64,000 nucleotides of DNA, taken from IMG/VR virus record IMGVR_UViG_3300017758_000001, one strand, 5' to 3'. Both the position numbers and the translations under genes were made by a program. The notes beneath the pieces were generated by a model, which ran no database searches, was not told the origin of the DNA, and saw nothing but the letters and a program-made list of their open reading frames with translations. This DNA comes from an uncultured virus (IMG/VR IMGVR_UViG_3300017758_000001). Lineage: Duplodnaviria > Heunggongvirae > Uroviricota > Caudoviricetes. Below are positions 49,692 through 59,282 of this stretch, in pieces (positions within the stretch are counted from its first letter, which is position 1; each line of letters opens with the position of its first letter).

Positions 49692-52502
49692 TTATGGGTA
49701 ATGAACAAATATCGTATTAGCGGCATCTACCGTAGGTGTAGGTGTTGGACCAACAGGTATTGTTGCCGTAGGTTGTGGTGTTGCGTTTGGTGTGGCATTA
49801 GGGGTACTTGTAGGTGTAGGTGTTGGACTTGGTGATGTACAAGATACACTGTAATTTAAATTATCTTGACCTCCCATATATCCGTGGTAGTAACAATCAT
49901 AACTAATTACACCGAAATTACCATTTATATTAAGTGTTATATCACCATAGTAATAAGTGTATGTGTTTCCATCAGATCCCACTTTTGTACCTGCATCGCT
50001 CTGTCCACTATAACTAATTAGAGACTCTTTCCCATTATTTAAAAATGCAATAGGGTGAGAACTTGGAACACCTTCTATTTTATATGTTCCTGAATTTACA
50101 CCATAAAGACCATAAGACCCATTAAATTGATACTGACCTCCAACCGCTTGTACAGAGGTTATTGGTGTTAAACACGATAATGGAAGTGCAGTAGGTTGAG
50201 GTGTTGGATTAGGGGTTGCGTTTGGTGTGGCATTAGGGGTACTTGTAGGTTGAGGTGTTGGATTAGGGGTTGCGTTTGGTGTGGCATTAGGGGTACTTGT
50301 AGGTTGAGGTGTTGCACTTGGTGCAGGTGTTGCCGTTGGTGTGGGTGGTAATACCTCGTTAATGGCTACCACATATTGGGCTAATTCACCACTAATCGCA
50401 TCGGAATATGGTAATGAGGTATCATAGTTAGATGGATCATCCCATACTACTAATTTAAATTGTTCACCATAAGAAGTCTCATCTGATAAATCACTAGCAA
50501 TTTCAATAACAATATCTAAAAATGATCCACCTGATCCATTATCCACCGCCTGACCATTACCAGTTCTTGCTGTTACTGTATCACTACCAAAGGCAACATA
50601 AGTATCAGTATCACCGAAATTTCTTAATTCCCAGTAAACTGTTGTTCCTGGTATCATTGCATCTCCATGGAATCTTAAAGTACCTGTATCACCTTCATCT
50701 ATACTAGCAGGTCCAGTAATACTAAATCCACTTGCAGTGGTTGTCGGTGTAGGTTGAGGTGTTGCACTTGGTGCTGGTGTTGGTTCAGGATCTATATCAT
50801 TAATTCGTCCAGTAGATGAAAGACTACCAGTATCATTACCTAAACTATCTGTTGCATTTAAGAAAACGTTTAAGTCCTCAGGTGTTGATCCATCAAATGA
50901 ATTATCTATTAATGTGGTAACCGTCCATGTTGCTGTATTATTATTAATAACAAATTTATGAGGAAGATTATCAGTATAATCTACATTAACCGTTGAATCA
51001 CCACCTGTTGTGAATGCAACTTCTGTACCATTAGGTACATTTGTGGTCGTCAGTGTAAAAATAAGATCTTGACCTTCATTTACAGGACCATTATTAGTTA
51101 ATGTATATGTCGGTGTCGCTGTTGCCGTTGGATTAGGTGTTGATTGTGGTGTTGCTGTGGGTTGTGGTGTCGCTGTTGGTAAATTAGTTGCCGTGGGGTT
51201 AGGGGTGTTTGTTGGTACAGGTGTTTCCTGTGGTGTTGCAGTCGGAAGATTAGTTGCGGTTGGATTAGGGGTTGATTGTGGGGTTGCACTTGGTGGTGGC
51301 GTACCTGTTGGTAATTGTGTTGCCGTTGGTATAGGTGTTGCAGTAGGATTAAGTGTCGGAGTTGGTGTTGGTGGGTCTTGAGATGTATCTTCAATAAATG
51401 ATTGGACGGCTTTACTACCCGTATAATTTCCCTGACTGTCAGTTGCATTTAATGTTAATTTAATACTTTCTTGACCCTCTGTCGTATTATCTTGGAATGT
51501 TGTTACCGTGTATGTTGATGAATTATTAGTAATTAGAAATTCTTTCGGACTAACATCACTATAGTCGACACCTACTGTAGCAGTACCTGATAATACAAAT
51601 GGAACTTTGTCACCATCCTGTAAACCTGTTGTTGTTAATGTAAATACTATATTACCCCCCTCGTTTTTGAAAGAAGTACTAGTCAACGAGTATGTTGGTG
51701 ATGGTATTTCTGTGGATGTAGGTTGTGGTGTTGAGTTTGGTGTGGTATTAGGGGTTGATTGTGGGGTTGCACTTGGTGGTGGCGTACCTGTTGGTACGGG
51801 TGTTTCCTGTGGTGTTGCAGTCGGATTTAGTGTTGGTGTAGGATTAGGTGTTGATTGTGGTGTTGCTGTTGGATTAGGAGTGTTTGTTGGTAATTGTGTT
51901 GCTGTTGGATTTGGGGTTGTTGTCGGATCAGGTGTTGGATTAGGTGTTGGATTAGGAGTGGGGTTTGGTGTTGCGGTTGGGTTAAATGTTGCTGCGGGTG
52001 TGGCCGTTGGGTTTTGTGTCGGTGCGGGTGTGGATGTTGGTATACTCGTTGGAATTGGTGTGGATGTCGGGGCAAAAACTACCGCTTCAATATTAGTCAA
52101 TCTTTGTTCAATCGTGTCTAACCTATTATTTTGTGTGGTTTGGGCGTTATTATTAGAAGAAGTATAACTGTTAAAATAATCTCTAAGATCTGATAATTCT
52201 CCTTCCGATGCAAAACTGTCATCTAATGAACCTGTAAACGTTTCTAATGAAGATATTTTAGAATCTACAGATGAAGTGTAGGTATTAATTACATCGACTG
52301 ATGACGTTAATTCATTTACTTTATTTTCTAAAGAATCTAAACTTGAGGTGGATGTTAACGACCCCGTTATATTGCCCTCAATCTGACCCTTTATTGTATC
52401 TAAAGTTGTTTTATACGTTTTACCGTCAATAGAAATCGGTAAATGCCCACTTCCACTTGGTTCTAAACTTGAACTTAAATCTGAAATTCTTCTAAATGCC
52501 AT
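49692..52502 (-). CDS. Fibre-like virion protein: RISDL N-terminus, coiled coil, Pro/Thr linkers, three Calx-beta-like domains, C-terminal cupredoxin-like domain
   Basis: [29 protein letters not shown] and EGDTG domains; PTATP repeats; HPIAF...YDCYYHGYM. Confidence 0.7.
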   Translation of the reverse strand: MAFRRISDLSSSLEPSGSGHLPISIDGKTYKTTLDTIKGQIEGNITGSLTSTSSLDSLENKVNELTSSVDVINTYTSSVDSKISSLETFTGSLDDSFASEGELSDLRDYFNSYTSSNNNAQTTQNNRLDTIEQRLTNIEAVVFAPTSTPIPTSIPTSTPAPTQNPTATPAATFNPTATPNPTPNPTPNPTPDPTTTPNPTATQLPTNTPNPTATPQSTPNPTPTLNPTATPQETPVPTGTPPPSATPQSTPNTTPNSTPQPTSTEIPSPTYSLTSTSFKNEGGNIVFTLTTTGLQDGDKVPFVLSGTATVGVDYSDVSPKEFLITNNSSTYTVTTFQDNTTEGQESIKLTLNATDSQGNYTGSKAVQSFIEDTSQDPPTPTPTLNPTATPIPTATQLPTGTPPPSATPQSTPNPTATNLPTATPQETPVPTNTPNPTATNLPTATPQPTATPQSTPNPTATATPTYTLTNNGPVNEGQDLIFTLTTTNVPNGTEVAFTTGGDSTVNVDYTDNLPHKFVINNNTATWTVTTLIDNSFDGSTPEDLNVFLNATDSLGNDTGSLSSTGRINDIDPEPTPAPSATPQPTPTTTASGFSITGPASIDEGDTGTLRFHGDAMIPGTTVYWELRNFGDTDTYVAFGSDTVTARTGNGQAVDNGSGGSFLDIVIEIASDLSDETSYGEQFKLVVWDDPSNYDTSLPYSDAISGELAQYVVAINEVLPPTPTATPAPSATPQPTSTPNATPNATPNPTPQPTSTPNATPNATPNPTPQPTALPLSCLTPITSVQAVGGQYQFNGSYGLYGVNSGTYKIEGVPSSHPIAFLNNGKESLISYSGQSDAGTKVGSDGNTYTYYYGDITLNINGNFGVISYDCYYHGYMGGQDNLNYSVSCTSPSPTPTPTSTPNATPNATPQPTATIPVGPTPTPTVDAANTIFVHYP
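50191..50314. repeat. Perfect 54-bp tandem repeat (about 2.3 copies) encoding an 18-aa Pro/Thr unit
   Basis: GTAGGTTGAGGTGTTGGATTAGGGGTTGCGTTTGGTGTGGCATTAGGGGTACTT occurs twice plus a partial copy; another partial copy near 49781-49815. Confidence 0.9.
51264..51796. repeat. 50-bp identical direct repeats (51264-51313 and 51747-51796) flanking a Calx-beta-like domain
   Basis: ATTAGGGGTTGATTGTGGGGTTGCACTTGGTGGTGGCGTACCTGTTGGTA occurs twice. Confidence 0.85.
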
Positions 52503-52515
52503 ATCTATAAATATT

Positions 52516-53544
52516 TTAAAAGATTATAATATCACCACCTTCTGTATAAACCGCATCCTCATTATTAAGAATACCGTCCTCGTTTATATCTTGCTCCAAC
52601 AAAATTGTATTTTCATGATAAGGTTCTATCTCATCTTCTTCACATCTTTCAACACACTCAACTATATCAAAATACGGTTTACTTAGTGTTAAGTAATGGT
52701 CTCTAACTTGTAATGCGTTCATCGGAGTTTCGAAGTATTTTACTCTTTTTAATTTAAAATTCATGTCACCTTCGTGAATACCACCTGAACCTGAAGCACC
52801 ACCACCCCATGATTGAATAAAGGGTTGTTGACCACGATAAGAAGGAATTACTTCCTCCCAATCTTCTAACTTATATATCGGCCAACCATTTAGATAGATT
52901 TTTAATGTACCTAACCTCGCATATCTTTCATCATTCCAATCTTTAGTTAATACTTCGTTGTATTGAAAAGTCTCTGTTGATCCTGACAGTATTGTATCTT
53001 GGGCATTTGTGATCGTCTCACCTAAAATCATGTCATTCCACCCACCATCATTCGGTATGTTACAATCTGTTAAACGTAAATGACGATCAAATACAATTGT
53101 AATATTAAAATCTTCAGAAGTTCCGTCAGTACATAGAACGGGGGTCTGACCTGAGGATATATAAAAATCTTCCTTATATGCCTCATTTATACAACTTCCC
53201 GAATACCGATATGCTCTCCACTCAATTCTTCCATCATTTGTGAATCTGAAAGATAAATTATTGTCAGCATAAAGTTGTTCATTATCCTCTTCTCGAACAC
53301 CCCAAAAATAAAATGGACCGCCCTGATTCCATGGTTTGTCTTCTTTGTCAAACATAAAATCTAACGTCCACCCCTTCTCCGTTCTCCTTTGTAATAAAAA
53401 AGGACATTCTCTGTCTGTATGACCATCAATCCTATAAGCCCACGGTAAAACACCCAATGTTGGACTAATACCACAACATTTGTCAGATAATGTACCTTGA
53501 CAATCAATTAGATTGGTTGAAAATCCTAAAATTTCTAATGACAT
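52516..53544 (-). CDS. ConA/LamG-like beta-sandwich virion protein
   Basis: GWTLDFMF, NITIVFDR, GTLKIYLNG, KYFETPMNALQVRDHY; C-terminal VYTEGGDII. Confidence 0.5.
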   Translation of the reverse strand: MSLEILGFSTNLIDCQGTLSDKCCGISPTLGVLPWAYRIDGHTDRECPFLLQRRTEKGWTLDFMFDKEDKPWNQGGPFYFWGVREEDNEQLYADNNLSFRFTNDGRIEWRAYRYSGSCINEAYKEDFYISSGQTPVLCTDGTSEDFNITIVFDRHLRLTDCNIPNDGGWNDMILGETITNAQDTILSGSTETFQYNEVLTKDWNDERYARLGTLKIYLNGWPIYKLEDWEEVIPSYRGQQPFIQSWGGGASGSGGIHEGDMNFKLKRVKYFETPMNALQVRDHYLTLSKPYFDIVECVERCEEDEIEPYHENTILLEQDINEDGILNNEDAVYTEGGDIIIF

Positions 53545-53602
53545 TTTTACTTTTAACTATAAATAGTAAAAACATTAGTTACAGCTACCCTGAAATCAAA
53601 AA

Positions 53603-54415
53603 TTATAGTGTTGCTGTTGGTGTTGGAGTCTCAGTACTAGTTGGTACTGGTGTTTCTGTCGCAGTTGGAATAGGTGTTTCAGTACTAGTACTAGTTGGTA
53701 CTGGTGTTTCTGTCGCAGTTGGAATAGGTGTTTCAGTACTTGTAGGTACTGGTGTTTCTGTTGCAGTTGGTGTGGGTGTGCCACCATAAAATCCATAAGT
53801 TGCGGTTGGTTCAGGTGTTGGGTCAGGTATAATAACACCTGTATCTGTCGGTGTTGGTGTTACCATTGGATTATATATTGATGTAGGTTGTGGTGTAGAT
53901 GTGGGATTTGGTGTTGGTGGTGGCATCGTTGCTGTCGGTGTAGGTGTTGGTAATGTTGGGTCTAATGTTGTTGTTGGAGTTGGTGTCGGAGGTATGGGTT
54001 CGTTAAAATTACTTATTCCAAAGTAGTGTATTTCTCCCTCACCGTATGAGCCCGTTAAACCTGTGTATGTAAAAATATCATTATTTAGAATAATATTTTC
54101 ATAATTGTATTGTTCGTTACTGAAAAATTCAACAAATTGAGTATATGATACGACGTATGTTAATCCAGAAAAAGTGGAATTTGTGTCATTTGATGTATTA
54201 TCTATTTCATTTAAAGTAATAGTTTCAATTGTATTTGTCGCATTACCCAAATAATTTGTTATAGAACTATTTATGTTGAATGGTTGTGTGTTATCGAGGG
54301 TTTTAGAGTCATAATCACTACTAAATTCGGCAATTGTGTAGTCGTAGGTTTGGGAATTATCCAACTTAATATCCAAACTAAACCCTAAAATTCGTAAAAT
54401 ATCCTGACTATTCAT
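53603..54415 (-). CDS. Virion protein with long Pro/Thr/Glu-rich C-terminal tail
   Basis: Tandem TETPVPTS/TETPIPTA repeats; late motif at 54422-54428. Confidence 0.6.
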   Translation of the reverse strand: MNSQDILRILGFSLDIKLDNSQTYDYTIAEFSSDYDSKTLDNTQPFNINSSITNYLGNATNTIETITLNEIDNTSNDTNSTFSGLTYVVSYTQFVEFFSNEQYNYENIILNNDIFTYTGLTGSYGEGEIHYFGISNFNEPIPPTPTPTTTLDPTLPTPTPTATMPPPTPNPTSTPQPTSIYNPMVTPTPTDTGVIIPDPTPEPTATYGFYGGTPTPTATETPVPTSTETPIPTATETPVPTSTSTETPIPTATETPVPTSTETPTPTATL

Positions 54416-54421
54416 ATCTTA

Positions 54422-54452
54422 ATAAATATCTTTCATAACATTTGATATTTAT
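54422..54452. promoter_or_regulatory. Back-to-back late promoter motifs at the strand switch
   Basis: ATAAATA (54422-28, serving the minus gene) and TATTTAT (54446-52, serving the plus gene). Confidence 0.65.
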
Positions 54453-54468
54453 AATTAAACTAGTTTCT

Positions 54469-55212
54469 ATGAATAATTTTTTAAAACAGACCATAGAAGA
54501 GAAATTTGCGTCCAAAGCGCAACAAAGATTCTTCTATGCAAAAGCGAACGAAGAAGGGACCTCAAAGAAGGAAAAGAAGAAATGGAAGAAGTATGCAGAC
54601 GAACTTTCCAATGAAACCGACTTTGAAGAATTACCTGATAAAATTTCTCAAGAAGAGGAGGATGTTGATGAAATAGTTGATGCAAAAGGAAACATCAAGC
54701 GAGGTGGTAAAGCCACTAATTTTCATTCAAAAGGTATATCATCCAAAAAAACTACAGATCAAACCGTAAAGGCTGTGGGTGGATCCCAAGGAACACATGG
54801 TGTTCACGGTACCCATACATCTTTGAGATATTGGGCAGAATCTGATATGAGTGATGCATTAGGGTTTGACGACACTCTTGGAAAAGATGTGGATTTTGAA
54901 ACAGCATATAAACATTTCACTAAAAAGATTGGATTGACTCATGACGATGCGATGGCTAGATTAGGTAAAATGGGTTATGATGAAAAATTACCTGAGGATA
55001 AGGTAAGATTAGTGGAAAATCCAAAAGCGTTCATGAAAGACTATGTTGAAACTGTTTTAACAAAAAAACATAGTAGTAAAGAAATAGTGAACGATTCAAA
55101 AAAAGATTTACACCCAATAATTAAAAGACAAATTAAATCACTAAAAAATACATTAAAGAGTAATAATCTTTCACTTAGTGATATTAAAGATCATTTAGAA
55201 TCTGATGAGTAA
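54469..55212 (+). CDS. Hypothetical late protein (possible internal head protein)
   Basis: N-terminal IEEKFASKAQQRFFYA motif; highly charged. Confidence 0.55.
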   Translation: MNNFLKQTIEEKFASKAQQRFFYAKANEEGTSKKEKKKWKKYADELSNETDFEELPDKISQEEEDVDEIVDAKGNIKRGGKATNFHSKGISSKKTTDQTVKAVGGSQGTHGVHGTHTSLRYWAESDMSDALGFDDTLGKDVDFETAYKHFTKKIGLTHDDAMARLGKMGYDEKLPEDKVRLVENPKAFMKDYVETVLTKKHSSKEIVNDSKKDLHPIIKRQIKSLKNTLKSNNLSLSDIKDHLESDE

Positions 55213-55693
55213 TAATAAATTAAAAGGTAGAGTTTTTAAATTACCTGACAATATTTTTGATTATATCCACAAAGTTTTTAATTCTTTGGAGGATAAATCT
55301 GTTGATGGTACACAAAGGGCAAAAAACCTTTTGAGAACACGTAATTTAAGTTACTCACAAATTAAAAGAATTATTCACGATTTAGAAAATGGTGATATTT
55401 CATTAATACAATATAAACTCGCAGGTGGTGACCTAATGTTAAAATGGGCTAGATCGTTTTTAGATGGGGAAAGAACCCAAATAAAAAATAATAAGTTATC
55501 TCGAAAAAGGGCAGACAATATTGCACAGATAGATGACATTAGAAAAAACCCATTTTTATCAAAACACACAAAGAAGACGAATTATTCTATACCAAGAAAT
55601 ATGATGAAGTCTAATTCAGATAAAACTTCTGTCACACCTATATCATCCTTGGGTGTTTTTGAAGAAGTGAAAAGAATTAAAGATTTATTATAA
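55205..55693 (+). CDS. Basic hypothetical protein with C-terminal FEEVKRIKDLL motif
   Basis: 162 aa, overlaps both neighbours. Confidence 0.6.
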   Translation: MSNNKLKGRVFKLPDNIFDYIHKVFNSLEDKSVDGTQRAKNLLRTRNLSYSQIKRIIHDLENGDISLIQYKLAGGDLMLKWARSFLDGERTQIKNNKLSRKRADNIAQIDDIRKNPFLSKHTKKTNYSIPRNMMKSNSDKTSVTPISSLGVFEEVKRIKDLL

Positions 55694-56637
55694 TGCCAAG
55701 TCAATTAGATAAAATATCCGAACAATTTAGAAAAGATAATCTTACAAGAAATGATTATCAGGGTAATAAAGCGTACGATTCAAATCACCCTAATGCAATC
55801 TCTAATGGTGACGAGTTAGGTAAAGGTGAGAATAATGGTAAAATTGGTAGTAATACTGATATTACAAATAGAAATGATAGTGTAGGAAGAAATAAATACG
55901 GTCCAAGCAATGGATACGGTATTGAAAATCCAAACGCAATATCAGATGGTGATGAGTTTGGTCGTGGCGAAAATAATGGTCAAATAGGAACATTTACCGA
56001 CATTAACCAAAGACAAGAACACGTAAAAAGAAACACTTACAACACTGATGATGGTTATAGTTCTAATCATCCTAATGCAATATCTGATGGTGATGAATTA
56101 GGTAAGGGAAATAACAATGGAAAAGTGGGTGGTCTAACCGATAATCAAACACGAGTAGATAATGTTACTCGTAATCTATATAATGACCAAAATGGTTACA
56201 GTTCTAATCATCCTAATGCAATATCTGATGGTGATGAGAAAGGTAAAGGTGAGAGTAATCAAAATATCGGTTCCTTAACAGACATAAATACGAGGACTGA
56301 CTTGTTGAATAGAAACCAATATAACACGGACCTTAATGGTTATGACACTAATCACCCTAATGCGATCTCCGATGGTGACGAATTAGGTAAGGGTGAAAAC
56401 AATGGTAATATTGGAGGTCTAACCGACATCAATACTCGAACAGATAATAAGAATAGGAATCTATATAATGACCAAAACGGTTATAGTTTGGTTCATCCAA
56501 ATGCAATATCTGATGGTGATGAAAAAGGTAGGGCAGAAAATAACAATAGTGTGGGAACGTTAACTGATAATAATGAAAGAACCGCACATGTTGCAAGAAA
56601 CCCATATAATTCAAGTCAAGGATATCCTGATTTCTAA
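55693..56637 (+). CDS. Tandem-repeat protein, 6 x ~47 aa
   Basis: Six (H/N)PNAIS(D/N)GDExGxxxxN..(I/V)G..TD...R.....RN.Y units. Confidence 0.8.
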   Translation: MPSQLDKISEQFRKDNLTRNDYQGNKAYDSNHPNAISNGDELGKGENNGKIGSNTDITNRNDSVGRNKYGPSNGYGIENPNAISDGDEFGRGENNGQIGTFTDINQRQEHVKRNTYNTDDGYSSNHPNAISDGDELGKGNNNGKVGGLTDNQTRVDNVTRNLYNDQNGYSSNHPNAISDGDEKGKGESNQNIGSLTDINTRTDLLNRNQYNTDLNGYDTNHPNAISDGDELGKGENNGNIGGLTDINTRTDNKNRNLYNDQNGYSLVHPNAISDGDEKGRAENNNSVGTLTDNNERTAHVARNPYNSSQGYPDF

Positions 56638-57353
56638 TGAAATTAATAAAAGACATATATAACTTTTTATTTGAACAGAGTAGAATACCCGCGATTTTAA
56701 AATCTAAAAAAAATCGACCTGGTTCACTAGCAAATGCAATCAAACAAAGAAATCCCGTTAGTTTCTTTTACAACGGTCCAAGAAAACAAGTACAGGCGGG
56801 AAGAAGAGTAAAGGCGGAGATTGTTGCGTTAGGTGTATCTAAAAAAGGTAAAATGATCGTAAGGGCTTGGGTAGAACCACCTTCGAGATCTAAAACAGGG
56901 TTCGGTAAAGGAAATTGGAGAACATTTATAGTGGCAAGAATGAATCAAGTCGAAATATTCGATGACGAAACCTTCAATGTAAAAAGACCAGGTTATAAAG
57001 AGGGTGACGATGGGTCAATGTTAACCACATATGTAACATCAAATTGGTCATCAATACCTAAAGTTGAACCTAAAGAACCTGAATCACAACCAACTCAAAC
57101 TGATACTGAACCAACAGTCAGTAGGGAACCATCAGTAGAACCAATCGATAGAGATACTGAGGAACCTTCAGTGGAACCTCAAAGTGATGAATTACCACAA
57201 CCTGAACCCGAGAATAGACCAAGTATAGAACCACCAAAAATTGATGACGAAGAAAGTCAAGATGATGAGGAAGATGAAAATGATGAAGACGACAACAACT
57301 ATGATGGTTTAAACGAAAATATTGAGAGAATCAAAACATTACTTTATAATTAA
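56637..57353 (+). CDS. Stand-alone WYL-domain protein with acidic Pro-rich tail
   Basis: AIKQRNPVSFFY...RRVKAE..ALG...VRAW...WRTFIVARMNQVEI..ETF fits the WYL consensus; no HTH. Confidence 0.7.
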   Translation: MKLIKDIYNFLFEQSRIPAILKSKKNRPGSLANAIKQRNPVSFFYNGPRKQVQAGRRVKAEIVALGVSKKGKMIVRAWVEPPSRSKTGFGKGNWRTFIVARMNQVEIFDDETFNVKRPGYKEGDDGSMLTTYVTSNWSSIPKVEPKEPESQPTQTDTEPTVSREPSVEPIDRDTEEPSVEPQSDELPQPEPENRPSIEPPKIDDEESQDDEEDENDEDDNNYDGLNENIERIKTLLYN

Positions 57354-57388
57354 AAATAAAATACTTATACTTAATATAAAATTAAATT

Positions 57389-57997
57389 ATGTCACAACAG
57401 ATACCACAACCAGTTCCAAAAGAAGATCTTATGAGAAGATTAGCGAACGCAAAAAAAGTAATGAATAAGGTAGATGGGGGAGATTTTACTACAGGTAACA
57501 TCGATCCTACCGCATTACAAGCACAGACAAATAATTTAGTTTCTGAACAACCAAAACAGAATGTTAGAAATGTGGGGTCTAATGTTGTTAACGAAGATAA
57601 AATTAGAAACTCTAAATTGCCCGACTCAATAAAGATGGCAATGATCAACAACCCAATCCCAACTGTAGATAATATATCACTTAGTGATAGTTTAGACTTA
57701 TCGATAGTAGAGGGAGCAAAAAAACTTATGCAACAAGAAGGGGATATTAGTGGTACCAAAAAACAACAAAACACTACTATTGTTGAATCACAAAAAAACG
57801 TAGTCAATCAAGACATCAAATCACTAATAAAAGAAACGATTAAAGATACGTTAGAAGAGATAGTTGATAGGAAACTAGAACTAATTTTAACCGCATCAAA
57901 GACCGCATCTATAAACGAGAATCTCGTACTTAAAGTCGGTGACTCAATTTTCAAGGGTAAAATCACAGGAGTAAATAAAGCAAAGAAGAAGGATTGA
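57389..57997 (+). CDS. Hypothetical late protein
   Basis: 202 aa; variant motif TACTTAT upstream; SKLPDSIK.AMINNPI. Confidence 0.6.
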   Translation: MSQQIPQPVPKEDLMRRLANAKKVMNKVDGGDFTTGNIDPTALQAQTNNLVSEQPKQNVRNVGSNVVNEDKIRNSKLPDSIKMAMINNPIPTVDNISLSDSLDLSIVEGAKKLMQQEGDISGTKKQQNTTIVESQKNVVNQDIKSLIKETIKDTLEEIVDRKLELILTASKTASINENLVLKVGDSIFKGKITGVNKAKKKD

Positions 57998-58022
57998 TTT
58001 CGTCCTTTTTTTTTCTTACTAT
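57994..58022 (+). promoter_or_regulatory. Host-sigma-type promoter overlapping a weak terminator (AAGGAT/GTCCTT + T-tract)
   Basis: TTGATT-N17-TACTAT. Confidence 0.5.
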
Positions 58023-58042
58023 TTGGTATATACAATTAATAT

Positions 58043-59272
58043 ATGTCAAAAGTAAGAGTATTAGCCATACCATCGGACAAACACGGAGTAGGTAAATTTA
58101 GAATCATAGATCCATTTACATTTATTGGTGATAATCATTCATCGGATGTACATGTGGACTTAGTTTTTGATGTTCCTAACAGGGACGACTTTTTTGACAA
58201 CTATGATGTTGTTATATTTCACACACTTATACATCGTTCAAATCACGAAGATAATATCAAAAGACTTAAATGGTTAAAGTCTGTTGGTAAAACAATTGTT
58301 ATGGATACCGACGATTATTGGAGAGTCGATCAAAGACACCCAATGTATGAAACCTTCAAATCAAAAAATCTGGCAGGTAAGAGAGTGGAAATGTTGAGAT
58401 TGTCAGATTATGTAACATGTACCACAAATTTATATAGAGATAAACTTATATCCCTTTTAAATCATGATAGAGTACATGTGTTCCCAAATGCAGTAAATGA
58501 AGAAGAGAATCAGTTCAAAGTAAAACCTATTAAATCATCTAAAGTAAGGTTTGGTTGGTTAGGTGGTTCCTCACATTTACACGACATTGAACTTATGAAG
58601 GGAGGAATAAGTCAAATGCACAGACAATATAAAGATAAAGTACAATTTGTATTGTGTGGGTTTGATCTTAGAGGTAACATGAGAGAAATCAATAAAGTGA
58701 CGGGTCAAGTAAATGAAAGACCGATAAGACCTGAAGAGACTGTATGGACAAAATACGAGGGTATATTCACTGACGATTATAAAACGTTAGATATCCCACA
58801 TGTTGATTATTTAAAAAGGTACTCATCAGAACCTTTTTTAAATGAATTAGATAAACCTTATGTGAGAAGATGGACTTTAGATATAAACAAATACGCAACA
58901 AACTACAATTATTTTGATGTGTCACTCGCACCTTTAGTTAAAAGTGAATTCAATGGATATAAATCACAACTAAAAGTTATTGAAGCGGGGTTCCATAAAA
59001 AACCTATTATCGCAACTGCAGAAAACCCTTATCTTATAGATTTAATAGATTCTTATGATAGAGGAACCAAAGTAGATAATGGTAATTCGTTGTTGGTTCA
59101 AACATCTAAGAATCATAAACAATGGTTCCAACAAATGAAGAGATTGGTTGAAAGTCCATCACTTAGAGAAGAGTTAGGTGAAAAATTATATGAAACTGTC
59201 AAAGACAAATATTCATTAAAAAAAGTATGCCAAGACAGGGTAGAATTTTTAAAAACAATAAACAAAAATTAA
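58043..59272 (+). CDS. Glycosyltransferase, GT-B (GT4-like)
   Basis: DTDDYW, FPNAV, FGWLGGSSH..D, DVSLAPL...FNGYKSQLKVIEAG. Confidence 0.85.
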   Translation: MSKVRVLAIPSDKHGVGKFRIIDPFTFIGDNHSSDVHVDLVFDVPNRDDFFDNYDVVIFHTLIHRSNHEDNIKRLKWLKSVGKTIVMDTDDYWRVDQRHPMYETFKSKNLAGKRVEMLRLSDYVTCTTNLYRDKLISLLNHDRVHVFPNAVNEEENQFKVKPIKSSKVRFGWLGGSSHLHDIELMKGGISQMHRQYKDKVQFVLCGFDLRGNMREINKVTGQVNERPIRPEETVWTKYEGIFTDDYKTLDIPHVDYLKRYSSEPFLNELDKPYVRRWTLDINKYATNYNYFDVSLAPLVKSEFNGYKSQLKVIEAGFHKKPIIATAENPYLIDLIDSYDRGTKVDNGNSLLVQTSKNHKQWFQQMKRLVESPSLREELGEKLYETVKDKYSLKKVCQDRVEFLKTINKN

Positions 59273-59282
59273 ATTATAAATT

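Noticed and set aside
51098..53838. Gly/Val-rich, Gln/His-rich and Cys/Trp-rich ORFs in the track
   Set aside because: These are antisense or alternate-frame shadows of the Pro/Thr repeat codons.
55780..56620. Regularly spaced DNA repeats (CCTAATGCAATATCTGATGGTGATGA-like) resembling a CRISPR array
   Set aside because: The period is 141 bp, in frame, with synonymous variation, and the intervening sequences are homologous to each other. It is a coding repeat, and no cas genes are present.
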